A DNA stretch of 64,000 bases. Source: Candidatus Firestoneibacteriota bacterium. GTDB taxonomy: Bacteria > Oederibacteriota > D2-FULL-39-29. Below the pieces are notes generated by a model. It ran no database searches, was not told the DNA's origin, and saw only the letters and a program-made list of their open reading frames with translations. Made by a program: the position numbers and the translations under genes. The DNA is taken from contig CAITEH010000039.1 of the NCBI GenBank assembly GCA_903891415.1, positions 2,766-66,765 of the forward strand, in the 5' to 3' direction. This document shows positions 49,353 through 60,233 of the stretch, piece by piece. The number at the start of each line of letters is the position of its first letter. Position 1 is the stretch's first letter.

Positions 49353-50288
49353 TTATCTCTTGTTGATATTACGGGTCATTAGCAGATGCAATATTGCCTT
49401 CTGCGCGTGTTTCCTGTTTTCTGCTTCATCAAACACCACAGAATGAGGCCCGTCTATTATCTCATCGGTTATTTCCTCTCCCCGGTGAGCCGGCAGGTCA
49501 TGCATAATGATATAATTACTTTCCCCTGCATAACTCATAAGTTTGCTGTTCACCTGGAAGGGCATAAAGGCTTTTTTACGCTCTGCGCTTTCTTTTTCCA
49601 TACCCATACTTATCCATACGTCCGTATAAATAACATCGGCATCCTTTACGGCGGCTTTTGGATCATCTGTAATGCTCAAACCCATATTTTTACTCAAGCT
49701 TCTTGCTTTCTCTATTACCGCTTTTTTGGGAGAATATTTTTTTGGGCAGGCCACGGTCAAAGGTATTCCCAGGATGGCGCACGCAAAGATAAAGGAATTC
49801 GTGACATTGTTGTCACCGTCTCCGACAAATACCGCTTTGATCCCCTGAAGGCCTGTTTTTTCTTCCATCGTCTGCAGGTCTGCCAGTATCTGGCAGGGAT
49901 GCTCAAAATCTGAAAGGGCATTTATTACGGGCACGGTGGCATGCTTCGCAAGTTCAACGACCCGGCTGTGCTCAAACGTGCGCAGGGTGATGGCATGAAC
50001 ATAGCGGCTTATGACCTTGGCAGTATCATGAACTGTCTCCCCGCGCGAAAGCTGCATCTCCGTTGAATTAAGATTTATAGGCTGGCCGCCGAGTTCATAT
50101 ATGGCTGTTTGAAAAGAAAGACGGGTCCTTGTTGACGGTTTTTCAAAGATCATTGCGACAGATTTTTCTTTCAAAGAATCTGCTTTCAATTTTCCGGATT
50201 TGAAATCCTTTGCCGTCTTAAGAACGAACAATAATTCTTCTTTTTTCAGGTCCGTAATGCTTAAAAAATCCTTGATCTTTAAATTCAT
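49353..50288 (-). CDS. argF: Ornithine carbamoyltransferase
   Basis: STRTR carbamoyl-phosphate motif. 311 aa. Confidence 0.9.
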   Translation of the reverse strand: MNLKIKDFLSITDLKKEELLFVLKTAKDFKSGKLKADSLKEKSVAMIFEKPSTRTRLSFQTAIYELGGQPINLNSTEMQLSRGETVHDTAKVISRYVHAITLRTFEHSRVVELAKHATVPVINALSDFEHPCQILADLQTMEEKTGLQGIKAVFVGDGDNNVTNSFIFACAILGIPLTVACPKKYSPKKAVIEKARSLSKNMGLSITDDPKAAVKDADVIYTDVWISMGMEKESAERKKAFMPFQVNSKLMSYAGESNYIIMHDLPAHRGEEITDEIIDGPHSVVFDEAENRKHAQKAILHLLMTRNINKR

Positions 50289-50305
50289 CCGTAAAACTCC
50301 TGTTC

Positions 50306-51505
50306 TTATTGTATTTTTAGTTCTTTAAATGTTTCATCCAGCGCCGTAACCAGCTCATTCACCTGTTTTCTGGTAACTATAAGCGGGGGTAAAAACCGGA
50401 GCACGTTTTCATTGGTGCAATTAATAATAAATCCGCGCTCAAGCAGCTTGAAGGTGAGTTCTTTTGCCGGAAAAGTCAGTTCCAAACCCAGCATAAGCCC
50501 CATGCCGCGTGCTTCTTTTATTGACTTATATTTTACCTTTAAAGAGTTCAGTTTTTCAATAAAATAAGCTCCTGTCTCTTTAGCGTTCTTTAGAAGCTTG
50601 CATTTGATAATGGTCTCAAGAACAGCCAGCCCGGCGGAGCAAACAACCGGCCCGCCGCCAAAGGTGGAACCATGGCTTCCGGGAGTAAAACTTGAGGCAA
50701 CTTTTTCTGAAGCCAGCATGAGCCCCAGCGGTAACCCGCCTCCAATACCCTTTGCCACGGTAAAAATATCGGGTTTAATATTAAATTCTTGAAAAGCGAA
50801 AAAACTGCCGGTACGGCCGACCCCGGTCTGAATTTCATCAAGGATCAGGAGCAGGCCTTTCTCGTCACAAAGCCGGCGTACCTGGTGCAAATAATCTTTT
50901 GAAGGAACAATTACCCCGCCTTCACCCTGCACAGGCTCAAGAAGCACCGCGCAGGTATTTGCATTTATTGCACTTTTTATATCTTCAATATCATTATAAT
51001 TTACATACTTAAACCCGGGTAATAAAGGTTCAAACCCTTTGTGTATCTTCTCCTGCGCCGTAGCCGTAAGCGTGGCCATGGTGCGCCCGTGAAATGAACC
51101 CCTGGCGGTAATTATTTCATATTTATCCGGCCCTAATTTTTCTTTGGCGTACTTTCTTGCCAGTTTTATCGCGGCTTCATTGGCTTCCGCGCCTGAATTG
51201 GCAAAAAAACAACGGTCCAGGCCCGAGAGCCGGCAAACCAGTTTTGCCAGTTTGACCTGCGGGATAGTATAATAGAGATTTGAAATATGGACCAACTTGT
51301 TAAGCTGATTTCTTACCGCGGAGGTAACTTTTGGGTGACAGTGCCCGAGGGTATCCACTGCTATGCCACCCAGGAAATCCAGATATTTCCGGCCATTATT
51401 GTCAAAAACTTTCACGCCCTTTCCCTTTGTAATGACAACAGGATACCGGGAATAGGTCTGAAATATATATTTTTTTTCTAATGCAATGATTTCTTCAGTT
51501 TTCAT
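50306..51505 (-). CDS. argD: Acetylornithine aminotransferase
   Basis: Class III PLP aminotransferase with the lysine in FTVAKGIGGG. 399 aa. Confidence 0.9.
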   Translation of the reverse strand: MKTEEIIALEKKYIFQTYSRYPVVITKGKGVKVFDNNGRKYLDFLGGIAVDTLGHCHPKVTSAVRNQLNKLVHISNLYYTIPQVKLAKLVCRLSGLDRCFFANSGAEANEAAIKLARKYAKEKLGPDKYEIITARGSFHGRTMATLTATAQEKIHKGFEPLLPGFKYVNYNDIEDIKSAINANTCAVLLEPVQGEGGVIVPSKDYLHQVRRLCDEKGLLLILDEIQTGVGRTGSFFAFQEFNIKPDIFTVAKGIGGGLPLGLMLASEKVASSFTPGSHGSTFGGGPVVCSAGLAVLETIIKCKLLKNAKETGAYFIEKLNSLKVKYKSIKEARGMGLMLGLELTFPAKELTFKLLERGFIINCTNENVLRFLPPLIVTRKQVNELVTALDETFKELKIQ

Positions 51506-51601
51506 AATTTCCTTTTGTATGTTTTTTTATCCTAAATATTATCCAAGCAGCGTATTAATATTTTCGATATATTACGCGCTCAGGGAGCGAAGAGCCCCTG
51601 C

Positions 51602-52378
51602 TCAAAGTGTTTCTTTAAACCATTTTACGGTGTAACTTATTGCTTTCCTTTCGCTTTCTCTTGAACCAAAGGTATGGCCCGCATTATTAATTATCTTTAG
51701 TTTCTTGATAAGTGACGTGGATATCTCAAAATACAACTTGCCGTCAACTACCGGTACCACGGGATCATTTTCTCCGTGAAGGATCAGCAACGGCTGCTCA
51801 AAACTCATAATGCCTTTTAGATTAAGGCCGTCATATTTTTTAATAACTTTAAGAAAATCCTTATTTAGTTTAAAACCCCCGAAAACAATACTGCCGTCCG
51901 CAAGCGTGTTCTTCCCGCCTTTATTCAAACGTTCCCGCCAAAGATGCCAGAAACGGGCCACCGCGCTCATTAAAACAGCGCTTTTTATGCCGGGATAATT
52001 CCCCGCGGTATACGCGCAGACAAAACCGCCCATTGACAAACCCAGGAGACCAAGCCGGTCCGGCTCAATATTTTTTTGGGTCTTTACAAAATCCAGCGCG
52101 GCTTTTGCATCGCTCAACTCTTCCTCCAGGGTCATATCAGAAAAAGCACCTTCTGAATCCCCGGACCCCCTGAAATCAAACCTGAATACCGCGATCCCCT
52201 GCTTTGCCAGGGCTCTCGCCAGTTTTGTGAATAAAAAATGATCTTCCGAGCGGTTACCGGTAAAACCATGGAACAGGGTAACACAGGGCACTTTCTTCTT
52301 TGCAGAATTATCCGGATAGTGCATAATTCCAAATAATTTCTGCCCTTTGTTCCTAAATTCTACAAGCTTTTCCATCAA
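51602..52378 (-). CDS. Alpha/beta-fold hydrolase (COG1073/FrsA-like esterase) embedded in the arg operon
   Basis: 258 aa with the nucleophile elbow GLSMGG. A catalytic His lies near the C-terminus (NAGHTF). Confidence 0.7.
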   Translation of the reverse strand: MMEKLVEFRNKGQKLFGIMHYPDNSAKKKVPCVTLFHGFTGNRSEDHFLFTKLARALAKQGIAVFRFDFRGSGDSEGAFSDMTLEEELSDAKAALDFVKTQKNIEPDRLGLLGLSMGGFVCAYTAGNYPGIKSAVLMSAVARFWHLWRERLNKGGKNTLADGSIVFGGFKLNKDFLKVIKKYDGLNLKGIMSFEQPLLILHGENDPVVPVVDGKLYFEISTSLIKKLKIINNAGHTFGSRESERKAISYTVKWFKETL

Positions 52379-52388
52379 AATGCTCCCG

Positions 52389-53246
52389 TTACAGGATCTC
52401 GGTCCCGATACCCTTGTCTGTAAATATCTCCAATAACAAAGAATGTTTGATGTTCCCGTTAATAATATGAACCTTCTTGACGCCTCTTTGTACCGCAGAA
52501 GCCGCCCCGGTTACTTTAGGTATCATCCCGCCGGCTAAAACACCTTCTTCGACCAATTTCTTGACCTCAGACACGCGAATAGTAGAAAGAAGTTTTTTTT
52601 CGCGGTCCAGGACTCCGTTAACATCGGTCAAAATAAGGAGTTTTTCAGCTTTTGCCGCAATTGCGATCTCCGCTGCAGCATCATCAGCATTAATATTATA
52701 GGACTGCCCGTCCTTACCCCGGCCTATTGGCGCAATAACGTGGATCTGGTCAGAGTTTTTCTCTAAGAAAGAAAGGTCAATATGCTCAATTTTTCCCACA
52801 TAGCCAAGCGCGGGATCCATTTGCTTTGCAGCAATAAGCCCGTGTTCTTTTCCTGAGTACCCTCCCGCTTTTCCGTGATGCTTCTTAAAGAGGGAGACAA
52901 TTTCCTTATTGACCCTGTTCATAAGAACGGATTCAACAATAGTCATTGTTTCTTTATCAGTAACTCTCAGGCCATTTATAAATTCTGTTTTCCTGCCTGT
53001 TTTTTCAATGGCTGAAGTTATCTCCGGACCCCCGCCATGCACGACAATAGTATTTACTCCGATATACTTCAGCAAGGCAATATCTTCCACCACCGAAGCC
53101 TTGAAGGAAGCTTCCAGCATAGCTTTCCCGCCAAATTTAACAACGAATGTTTTTCCGCAGAATTTCCTGATATAAGGCAGGGCTTCTATCAGTATGTCCG
53201 CTTTTGCTATTAACTTTTCCATAGTCAGCCTTTTTTTATTTAGCAC
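52389..53246 (-). CDS. argB: Acetylglutamate kinase
   Basis: Amino-acid kinase family (VVKFGGKAM.., VHGGGPEI). 285 aa. Confidence 0.9.
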   Translation of the reverse strand: MLNKKRLTMEKLIAKADILIEALPYIRKFCGKTFVVKFGGKAMLEASFKASVVEDIALLKYIGVNTIVVHGGGPEITSAIEKTGRKTEFINGLRVTDKETMTIVESVLMNRVNKEIVSLFKKHHGKAGGYSGKEHGLIAAKQMDPALGYVGKIEHIDLSFLEKNSDQIHVIAPIGRGKDGQSYNINADDAAAEIAIAAKAEKLLILTDVNGVLDREKKLLSTIRVSEVKKLVEEGVLAGGMIPKVTGAASAVQRGVKKVHIINGNIKHSLLLEIFTDKGIGTEIL

Positions 53247-53264
53247 GTGTCTTTAATGGTAAAA

Positions 53265-54134
53265 CTATGCGCGCGGATGCGCTTTATCGTATACACTTTT
53301 TAACTTTTCTTTTGTAACATGCGTATAGATCTGTGTTGTTGACAGATTTGAATGCCCGAGCAGTTCCTGAACGCTTCTTAGATCGGCGCCGCGGTCTAAA
53401 AGATGCGTGGCAAAACTATGCCTTATGGAATGGGGGCTGATATGTTTCCCCAATTTCGTCTCTTTCGACCATTTATCAAGAATATGCCTGACAGTTCTGG
53501 TATCCAGCCGTTTCAATTTATTATTTAAAAAAAGCGCTCCGCTGCCGGGCAGCTGCCCCCTGGCAGTCAAATATTCAGCAATAGACCGGTTTGCCTTTTC
53601 TCCGAGTGGAACGATCCTCTCTTTACCGCCTTTGCCAAGCACTTTTATAAGCTTGTTTACCTGATCGACATCAATTATATCCAGCCCTGTCAATTCACTG
53701 ACTCTTATCCCCGTCGAATAAAGGGTCTCAAGTAGCGCACGGTCTCTCTTATCTTCAACTTTGCTTCCCTTTATAGAATCAAGGAATTTACCCATTTCTT
53801 CCGCTTCAAGAAAGCGCGGAAGTTTGCGGTCTTTCTTTGGAAAAGTTATATTATCCGCGGGATTAATATCAATGAGCTCTTCCTTCTTAAGATAACTGAA
53901 GAAACTTTTAAGAGTTGCCAGTTTTCTTTCGATACTCGCTTTTCCGTACTTTTTTAAGGTCAATTCAACGACAAATTCCCGGATATTTATTCCGGTCAAA
54001 TTCTTAATGTTATTTTTTTCCTGACAAAGTTCAAAAAATTGTTTTAAGTCCGCGGCATAATTTACCGCAGTATTCTCAGAATAATTTTTCTCGATCCGGA
54101 GATAATCAAGGAACTCTTTAATTAGTTTCTGCAT
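53265..54134 (-). CDS. Tyrosine site-specific recombinase XerC/XerD
   Basis: Catalytic RHRY: HSIRHSFATHLL, LGHSNLSTTQIYTHV. The dprA-topA-xer neighbourhood is conserved. Confidence 0.85.
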   Translation of the reverse strand: MQKLIKEFLDYLRIEKNYSENTAVNYAADLKQFFELCQEKNNIKNLTGINIREFVVELTLKKYGKASIERKLATLKSFFSYLKKEELIDINPADNITFPKKDRKLPRFLEAEEMGKFLDSIKGSKVEDKRDRALLETLYSTGIRVSELTGLDIIDVDQVNKLIKVLGKGGKERIVPLGEKANRSIAEYLTARGQLPGSGALFLNNKLKRLDTRTVRHILDKWSKETKLGKHISPHSIRHSFATHLLDRGADLRSVQELLGHSNLSTTQIYTHVTKEKLKSVYDKAHPRA

Positions 54135-56607
54135 TATCTTCTTCGTGTTTGCATTCCTTGTTTAAACATCTGAATTTATCTTTAAATTTTGCCATAACAC
54201 TAAAACCGCATTTGGGGCATTTTCTTTCCAGGGGTTTCAAATTACAGATAAAATCACAATCGGGATACTTGGAACAGCCATAAAAAGCGCCTTTCTTTCC
54301 CCGGCGCATCACAACATCTCCGCCGCATTCCGGTTTAGGACATTTGACGCCTATTCCGATACTTTTGGTATTCTTGCATAACGGGTACTTTTCACACGCG
54401 TAGAACTTTCCGAACCTGCCAAACTTTACGACAATTTTGCCGTCGCATTTAATGACATTCTCTTCCTGCCCGGGAGGCACAGGATTGGCTTTATTTACTC
54501 TGACCAGGCCAAGGTCCGTCTTTAAATAAACAGCATCACAGGGAGTATTGCTCAGCTCATCCTTTTCTTCTCCTTCCTGTCCGTCCAGAGATTTTGTATT
54601 TTTACACTCCGGAAAACCGGAACAGGCAAGGAATCTGCCGCTTGCGCCCCATTTTACGACCATAGATTTTCCGCAGCGGACCAGCTCTTTCTTTTCCTCT
54701 GTCGAGAGAAGGGCTTCCTCCGCTTCAGATATTTTCACCGGCAGGCCCTCAGAATTCTTACGGTAAACGGCATCGCACATTTTACCTGTTTCTCCGTCCC
54801 GGTCCTTTTTCATATCCCCCATGATACTCGAAGCTTTCAAGAGATCCGCTGAAAACGGGCCGTAGAACTCCTTGATCACGGAGACCCAGTCGGTTCCCCC
54901 GTCTTCTACTTTATCAAGTTTTTCTTCCATGTTCGCGGTAAATTCTATATTAAGAATATCAGGGAAGGTCTTTATCAAAATATCATCTACCAGCTCCCCC
55001 AGTTCCGTGGGTTTAAATCTCTTTTCTATTCTTTCAATATAGTTCCTGTCCAGGAGCGTGGAAATTATCGGAGAATATGTTGACGGGCGGCCGATATTAT
55101 TTTCTTCCAGTGCTTTTACCAGAGAAGCATCATTATATCTTGCCGGTGGTTCCGTAAAATGCTGATTACCGGTCAGTTCAAGAAGCTCCAGTTTCTCTTT
55201 TTCAGAGAGTTTTGGCAATACTTTCTCCCTGGTGGTCTCTTTTTCCTCTCCGGAAACAACTTCAGCCGGTTTTTCTTCTCTGTCATCTTCATCTTCTATC
55301 CCGTATACGGCAAGAAACCCTTTAAATTTGATCACCGTTCCGTTTGCGCGGAACATATAGATCCCTGCCTCTATATCAGCATTTGTTAACTCAAGTATCG
55401 CGGGTTTCATCTGGCAGGCCACAAATCTTTTCCAAATAAGCGCGTATAAGCGGTACTGGTCCCTGGAGAGGAAGGCCTTTATCTTATCTGGCTCCCTTAA
55501 ACACGAGGAGGGCCTGATAGCTTCATGCGCATCCTGAGAATTTTTTTTATTTTTATAGAAATTGGGTTTCTCCGGAAGATTTTCTTTCCCGAATAAATTT
55601 TCTATTAAACCTCTGACTTCAGCGAGCGCTTCATCGGCAATTCTCACTGAATCGGTCCTCATATAAGTAATAAGGCCTACTTCTCCTTCCTCCCCGATGT
55701 TCAGGCCTTCATAAAGCTGCTGGGCGATCATCATGGTTTTTCTTGAAGTAAAACCCAGTTTCTTAGAGGCTTCCTGCTGTAATGTTGAAGTAATGAAAGG
55801 CGCCGGGGCATAGCGGTTTTTCTCTTTATTCTCTATACTTTTTACAATAAACTCGCGCTTTTTACATTCTTCTACTATTTTATCGCCTTCTTCTTTAGTT
55901 AGGATCTTGAATTTCTCACCGTTAATACGGTTAAGTTTCGCCACAAATTGCGGGGGATTTTCACCTTTTAAAAGGGCTTCGATCGACCAGTATTCTTCAG
56001 GCTTAAATCCCAAAATTTCTTTTTCCCTCTCACAGATCATCCTTAAAGCTACGGACTGTACCCTGCCGGCAGAAAGCCCGCTCTGGACGTTTTTCCACAA
56101 AAGCGGAGAGATCATATAGCCCACAAGCCGGTCCAGGATCCTTCTTGACTGTTGAGCATAGACCAGATTCATATCAATTTCTTTGGGATGCTCAATAGCC
56201 TCCATTACGGCCTTTTTGGTTATTTCATTAAAAACAACCCTGTAAGTTTTCTTATTTTTCAGTTCTCTTTCACCCGTAGTTTTCTTTCCTTTTGTTTTTT
56301 TCTTTTTTTCTTCCATAATTGAATTTCTTAAATGCCAGCTGATAGCTTCACCTTCCCGGTCCGGGTCGGTCGCGAGATAGACCACATCAACTTTATCCGC
56401 GGCTTCTTTGATGTCCTTGAGAATAGTCCGCTTTTTCATCATTACTATGTATTTTGGCTCAAAATTATTTTCTATATCAATACCAAGTTTACTTTTCGGC
56501 AGATCAATTATATGCCCCATAGACGCCCGCACCGTGTAATCTTTCCCCAGAAATTTACTTATCGTGTGCACTTTTGTAGGGGACTCCACAATAATAAGCT
56601 TTTTCAA
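54118..56607 (-). CDS. topA: DNA topoisomerase I with C-terminal zinc-ribbon repeats
   Basis: 829 aa with a TOPRIM N-terminus. Active-site tyrosine region. Four CxxC..CxxC ribbons at the C-terminus. Confidence 0.95.
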   Translation of the reverse strand: MKKLIIVESPTKVHTISKFLGKDYTVRASMGHIIDLPKSKLGIDIENNFEPKYIVMMKKRTILKDIKEAADKVDVVYLATDPDREGEAISWHLRNSIMEEKKKKTKGKKTTGERELKNKKTYRVVFNEITKKAVMEAIEHPKEIDMNLVYAQQSRRILDRLVGYMISPLLWKNVQSGLSAGRVQSVALRMICEREKEILGFKPEEYWSIEALLKGENPPQFVAKLNRINGEKFKILTKEEGDKIVEECKKREFIVKSIENKEKNRYAPAPFITSTLQQEASKKLGFTSRKTMMIAQQLYEGLNIGEEGEVGLITYMRTDSVRIADEALAEVRGLIENLFGKENLPEKPNFYKNKKNSQDAHEAIRPSSCLREPDKIKAFLSRDQYRLYALIWKRFVACQMKPAILELTNADIEAGIYMFRANGTVIKFKGFLAVYGIEDEDDREEKPAEVVSGEEKETTREKVLPKLSEKEKLELLELTGNQHFTEPPARYNDASLVKALEENNIGRPSTYSPIISTLLDRNYIERIEKRFKPTELGELVDDILIKTFPDILNIEFTANMEEKLDKVEDGGTDWVSVIKEFYGPFSADLLKASSIMGDMKKDRDGETGKMCDAVYRKNSEGLPVKISEAEEALLSTEEKKELVRCGKSMVVKWGASGRFLACSGFPECKNTKSLDGQEGEEKDELSNTPCDAVYLKTDLGLVRVNKANPVPPGQEENVIKCDGKIVVKFGRFGKFYACEKYPLCKNTKSIGIGVKCPKPECGGDVVMRRGKKGAFYGCSKYPDCDFICNLKPLERKCPKCGFSVMAKFKDKFRCLNKECKHEEDNAETN

Positions 56608-56627
56608 TTTAACGCTCCTTTTAAATA

Positions 56628-57704
56628 TTATATTATTTTTACGAACATTTTTCCGGGAAACTGTTTAATAAAACCTTTCATTTCAAGACTGATAAGCACC
56701 GCGGCTAATACTCCGGAAGCGAGCTTTGTCCTTGTTGTCACCTCATCTATATGCATGGGTTCATTATTTAACGAAGCAAACACCGTATTCTCTCTTTCAG
56801 AAAGAACCATATTTCCCAGTTCAGCCTGTCCCTTAATATTCAGGAATTCCTCAGGCAGCGCATCTTTTAATTCTTCAATGATATCTTCCACATCTGTTAC
56901 AAGCTTTGCGCCCTGCTTTATCAGGGAATTTGTGCCCCGGCTCTCTTCGCTTGTAATATTCCCGGGAAGAGCGAATACTTCACGGCATTGTTCAAGGGCA
57001 TATTTTGCCGTTATCAGCGCGCCGCTTTTTTCTCCTGCCTCAATAACCAGTGTTCCAAGCGACAGCCCGCTTATTACTCTGTTGCGCCTGGGGAAATTAA
57101 ATCTATCAGGTTCCGTAAATATAGAAAATTCGCTTACCACAGCTCCGCACCGCGCAATTTCTTCGGCAAGCCCCCTGTTTTCCTGGGGATAGAGCCTGCT
57201 AAAACCGTTACCGAGCACTGCTATATTCCTTCGTTTCATTCTTACCGCAGTATTATGGCAAATTGTATCTATTCCTCTTGCCAGGCCGCTTACAACGGTG
57301 AATCCCCTCTGTACAAGCTTTGTGGTTAATTTTTCAGTACAGATCTTCCCGTAAGTTGTAGGATTCCTGCAGCCCACAACACCGATAGAGATACTATCTT
57401 CCTTTTTAAAAGCACCCTTAACATACAACACGTAGGGAGGATCACTTATATATTTCAAAGAAGCCGGATATTCCTCATCTTCATAAGTCAGGACCTTCAC
57501 GCCTTCTTTCCTGATCTGTTTCAGTTCCTTGTCCAGTTCTTTGTGAAGGAGTTTCTTTTTATCAAAAAGTTTATCCAAATCCTCTTGCCTGATATTTTCA
57601 AGTGCTCCATATTTATCAAGAAGCTTCCTGAAGTTTGCAGGGGAAACTCCGGACATATTATAAAGTATCAGCCTTTCAGTTTTGGTCATAAGAGTTATCC
57701 ACAC
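56628..57704 (-). CDS. dprA: DNA-processing protein DprA (Smf)
   Basis: 358 aa Rossmann-like DprA core. The track N-terminus (MWITLMTKTERL) may be slightly extended. Confidence 0.85.
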   Translation of the reverse strand: MWITLMTKTERLILYNMSGVSPANFRKLLDKYGALENIRQEDLDKLFDKKKLLHKELDKELKQIRKEGVKVLTYEDEEYPASLKYISDPPYVLYVKGAFKKEDSISIGVVGCRNPTTYGKICTEKLTTKLVQRGFTVVSGLARGIDTICHNTAVRMKRRNIAVLGNGFSRLYPQENRGLAEEIARCGAVVSEFSIFTEPDRFNFPRRNRVISGLSLGTLVIEAGEKSGALITAKYALEQCREVFALPGNITSEESRGTNSLIKQGAKLVTDVEDIIEELKDALPEEFLNIKGQAELGNMVLSERENTVFASLNNEPMHIDEVTTRTKLASGVLAAVLISLEMKGFIKQFPGKMFVKII

Positions 57705-57930
57705 TGCCTTTGTTTGTTTGAAGCATGAACCCGGGAAAGCCGGCTTCTCTTCTCATACTTAAATTTTAAAGAACAATTTATCTGCTGCCGTCATGCATTC
57801 TATACCGCACAAAAATCATTTATTACCCAGTGCATTTAAGCTTTATTAACATGAAATGTGTTCAATATTTTTAAAATAACCCTGTCCGCCTACTATATTA
57901 TATAAAATAGGATTATTTGTCAAATGTTTA

Positions 57931-57966
57931 TTTAATAAAAAAGGGTTCCCAAGCAAGGAAACCCTT
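57931..57966 (-). terminator. Terminator after rplQ: stem AAGGGUUUCC / GGGAACCCUU then UUUUAUU. It is bidirectional-looking.
   Basis: Inverted repeat 57941-57950 with 57957-57966. It is A/T-rich on both flanks and ends the ribosomal-protein operon. Confidence 0.55.
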
Positions 57967-58009
57967 TTATCATATAGCTAAAATACAACTACTGTTTTTT
58001 TTGCAAAAG

Positions 58010-58444
58010 CTATTTTTTTTCAGTTATTTCACTTTCTTTAGCTTTTTCTTCATGTTTTTCACCCTTTTTGACTTTTTTCTCCCTTTTTTGCCTGACAACC
58101 AGCTCTATCATGCAGATAAGCGCGTCATCGCCTTTTCTATTCTTGAGCTTTAGTATCCTTGTATAGCCGCCATTCCTGTCCTTAAAACGCGGGGCTATTA
58201 CGTTCAAGAGTTTAAAAAGCACGCTCTTTTCTTTGATAGATTCATTGATAAGGCGTATATTTGCCAAACCGCCCTTCTTCGCCAAGGTAATTAATTTTTC
58301 GGCATTCTTTCGTAATTCTTTTGCTTTTGGCAGGGTTGTCTCGATCCTCTCTGCTTTAAAAAGCGATGTAGCAAGATTTCTAAGAAGTGCCTTCCTTGGT
58401 TCGTACACCCTGCTTAATCTATTACCGCCTACTCTATGCCTCAT
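58010..58444 (-). CDS. rplQ: 50S ribosomal protein L17
   Basis: MRHRVGGNRLSR.. plus a Lys/Glu-rich C-terminal tail. Confidence 0.95.
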   Translation of the reverse strand: MRHRVGGNRLSRVYEPRKALLRNLATSLFKAERIETTLPKAKELRKNAEKLITLAKKGGLANIRLINESIKEKSVLFKLLNVIAPRFKDRNGGYTRILKLKNRKGDDALICMIELVVRQKREKKVKKGEKHEEKAKESEITEKK

Positions 58445-58453
58445 AATTTGCTC

Positions 58454-59500
58454 CTACTTCTTTTTGTATGGCTTTTCTTTTTCAATATAAATCGGGGTCA
58501 CGTCTTCGGATATATCGCAATCTTCGGGAATATCCGGAGAATTGAGATCCATGTTAAATGAAAGACCCATGCCCTTAAGTATTTCGCTTATTTCTTTTAG
58601 AGATTTTTTGCCAAAATTCCTGTATTTGAGCATCTCAGGTTCACTCTTGGTAACCAGTTCTCCGATGTATTTAATACCGGCTACCTTAAGGCAGTTTGCG
58701 GATCTTACAGAAAGCTCGAGCTCATCAACGCTCTTTTTTAGGATCTCTTCCATATGAACCGCGTTTTTATCAACAGAATTTTCTTCCTCCATTACTAATT
58801 CGCCGTCATCCCCTATAAAAACGGTAAGATGTTCTTTCATTATTTTCGCGGAATAAGAAAGCGCATCCTCAGGTTTTATTCTGCCATCGGTCCAGATCTC
58901 AAGAATAAGTTTTTCAAAATCAGTACGCTGCCCGACCCTGGTATTTTCAACCGTATAGTTCACTCTGGTAACGGGTGTAAAGATGGAATCAACCGCTATA
59001 ACGCCTATGGCGTCATCTTCTTTTTTATTATCTTCACTTATTACATAGCCTCTTCCCGTGTCTATGGTAAATTCTATCTCAAGTTTTGAAACCGCTGAAG
59101 TAAGAGTTGCAATTACCAGCTCCGGATTAACTATCTCTACTTCAGAATCCGAAGAAATATCCCCGGCAGTTACCGTCTTCTCGCCTTCCACTTTAAGGTG
59201 CATTTTTCTGGGGCTATTTCCCAGCAATTTTATCTTTATTTGTTTAACATTCAAGATGATCTGAGTTACATCTTCCGCCACGCCTTTTATGGTCCCAAAC
59301 TCATGAAGAACATTCTCTATTTTCATTGAGGTAATGGCCGCGGTCTGTATCGAGGAAAGCAGTACTCTCCGTAAAGCAGTCCCTACTGTCTGCCCATAGC
59401 CCCTTTCAAAAGGTTCAGCAATGAATTTGCCATATGTCTCTGTAAGGGTCCCGGAATCAATTTCCATGCTTTTGGGCATCTCCATTCTTTTCCACTTCAT
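58454..59500 (-). CDS. rpoA: DNA-directed RNA polymerase alpha subunit
   Basis: 348 aa with N-terminal and C-terminal alpha domains (..SVRSANCLK..). Confidence 0.95.
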   Translation of the reverse strand: MKWKRMEMPKSMEIDSGTLTETYGKFIAEPFERGYGQTVGTALRRVLLSSIQTAAITSMKIENVLHEFGTIKGVAEDVTQIILNVKQIKIKLLGNSPRKMHLKVEGEKTVTAGDISSDSEVEIVNPELVIATLTSAVSKLEIEFTIDTGRGYVISEDNKKEDDAIGVIAVDSIFTPVTRVNYTVENTRVGQRTDFEKLILEIWTDGRIKPEDALSYSAKIMKEHLTVFIGDDGELVMEEENSVDKNAVHMEEILKKSVDELELSVRSANCLKVAGIKYIGELVTKSEPEMLKYRNFGKKSLKEISEILKGMGLSFNMDLNSPDIPEDCDISEDVTPIYIEKEKPYKKK

Positions 59501-59579
59501 AGTTTATCCCCCTTAATGCGTTTTAGTGCATTTCACCAGGCAGTTCTCTTGTTTATTATAAAGGAACTGTGCTAATAAC

Positions 59580-60215
59580 TTATCTGTTATAGAATTCCAC
59601 GATCAATTTCATATTTAAGATAGAGCCTATTTCGCTGTCTTCCGGCATCTTCTTAAAAGTTATCTTTAAATTATCAAAATCAACATCAAGCCAGGCACCG
59701 GAATTAATTCCGCCTCTTTCTTTTGTTCTCTCTATGCTTGATTTAATTACCTTTAATTCCTTGGATTTAGGCCTTACGGTAATAACATCACCCGGTTTCA
59801 GTATATATGAAGCCACATTTACCGGTTTGCCATTGATCTGAACATGTCCATGAAGCACAAAAAGCTTTGCAGCATCCCTGGAAGGCATAAAACCCGCTTT
59901 ATAGACAACGGAATCAAGACGGCTTTCAAGCAGCTTTAACAGGTATTCGCCGGTAACTCCTTTCTTATCGGAAGCAATGGAAAAGAAGCGCCTGAACTGG
60001 CCCTCGTTCATTCCATAGATCCTCTTTGCGCGCTGTTTTTCTCTCAGACGTATACCATATTCAGAAAGTTTTGACATCATCTTACCATGCTGTCCCGGAG
60101 GTACGCTTTTTTTCTCGATAGCGCATTTTCCGGTAAAACATCTGTCACCTTTCAAAAAAAGTTTTATCTTTTCCCTTCTGCACAACCTGCATTTTGCACC
60201 AGTAATCCTAGCCAA
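59580..60215 (-). CDS. rpsD: 30S ribosomal protein S4
   Basis: MARITGAKCRLCRREK.. with zinc-ribbon-like Cys residues. Confidence 0.95.
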   Translation of the reverse strand: MARITGAKCRLCRREKIKLFLKGDRCFTGKCAIEKKSVPPGQHGKMMSKLSEYGIRLREKQRAKRIYGMNEGQFRRFFSIASDKKGVTGEYLLKLLESRLDSVVYKAGFMPSRDAAKLFVLHGHVQINGKPVNVASYILKPGDVITVRPKSKELKVIKSSIERTKERGGINSGAWLDVDFDNLKITFKKMPEDSEIGSILNMKLIVEFYNR

Positions 60216-60233
60216 CTTAATTCCTCCTCAAGG

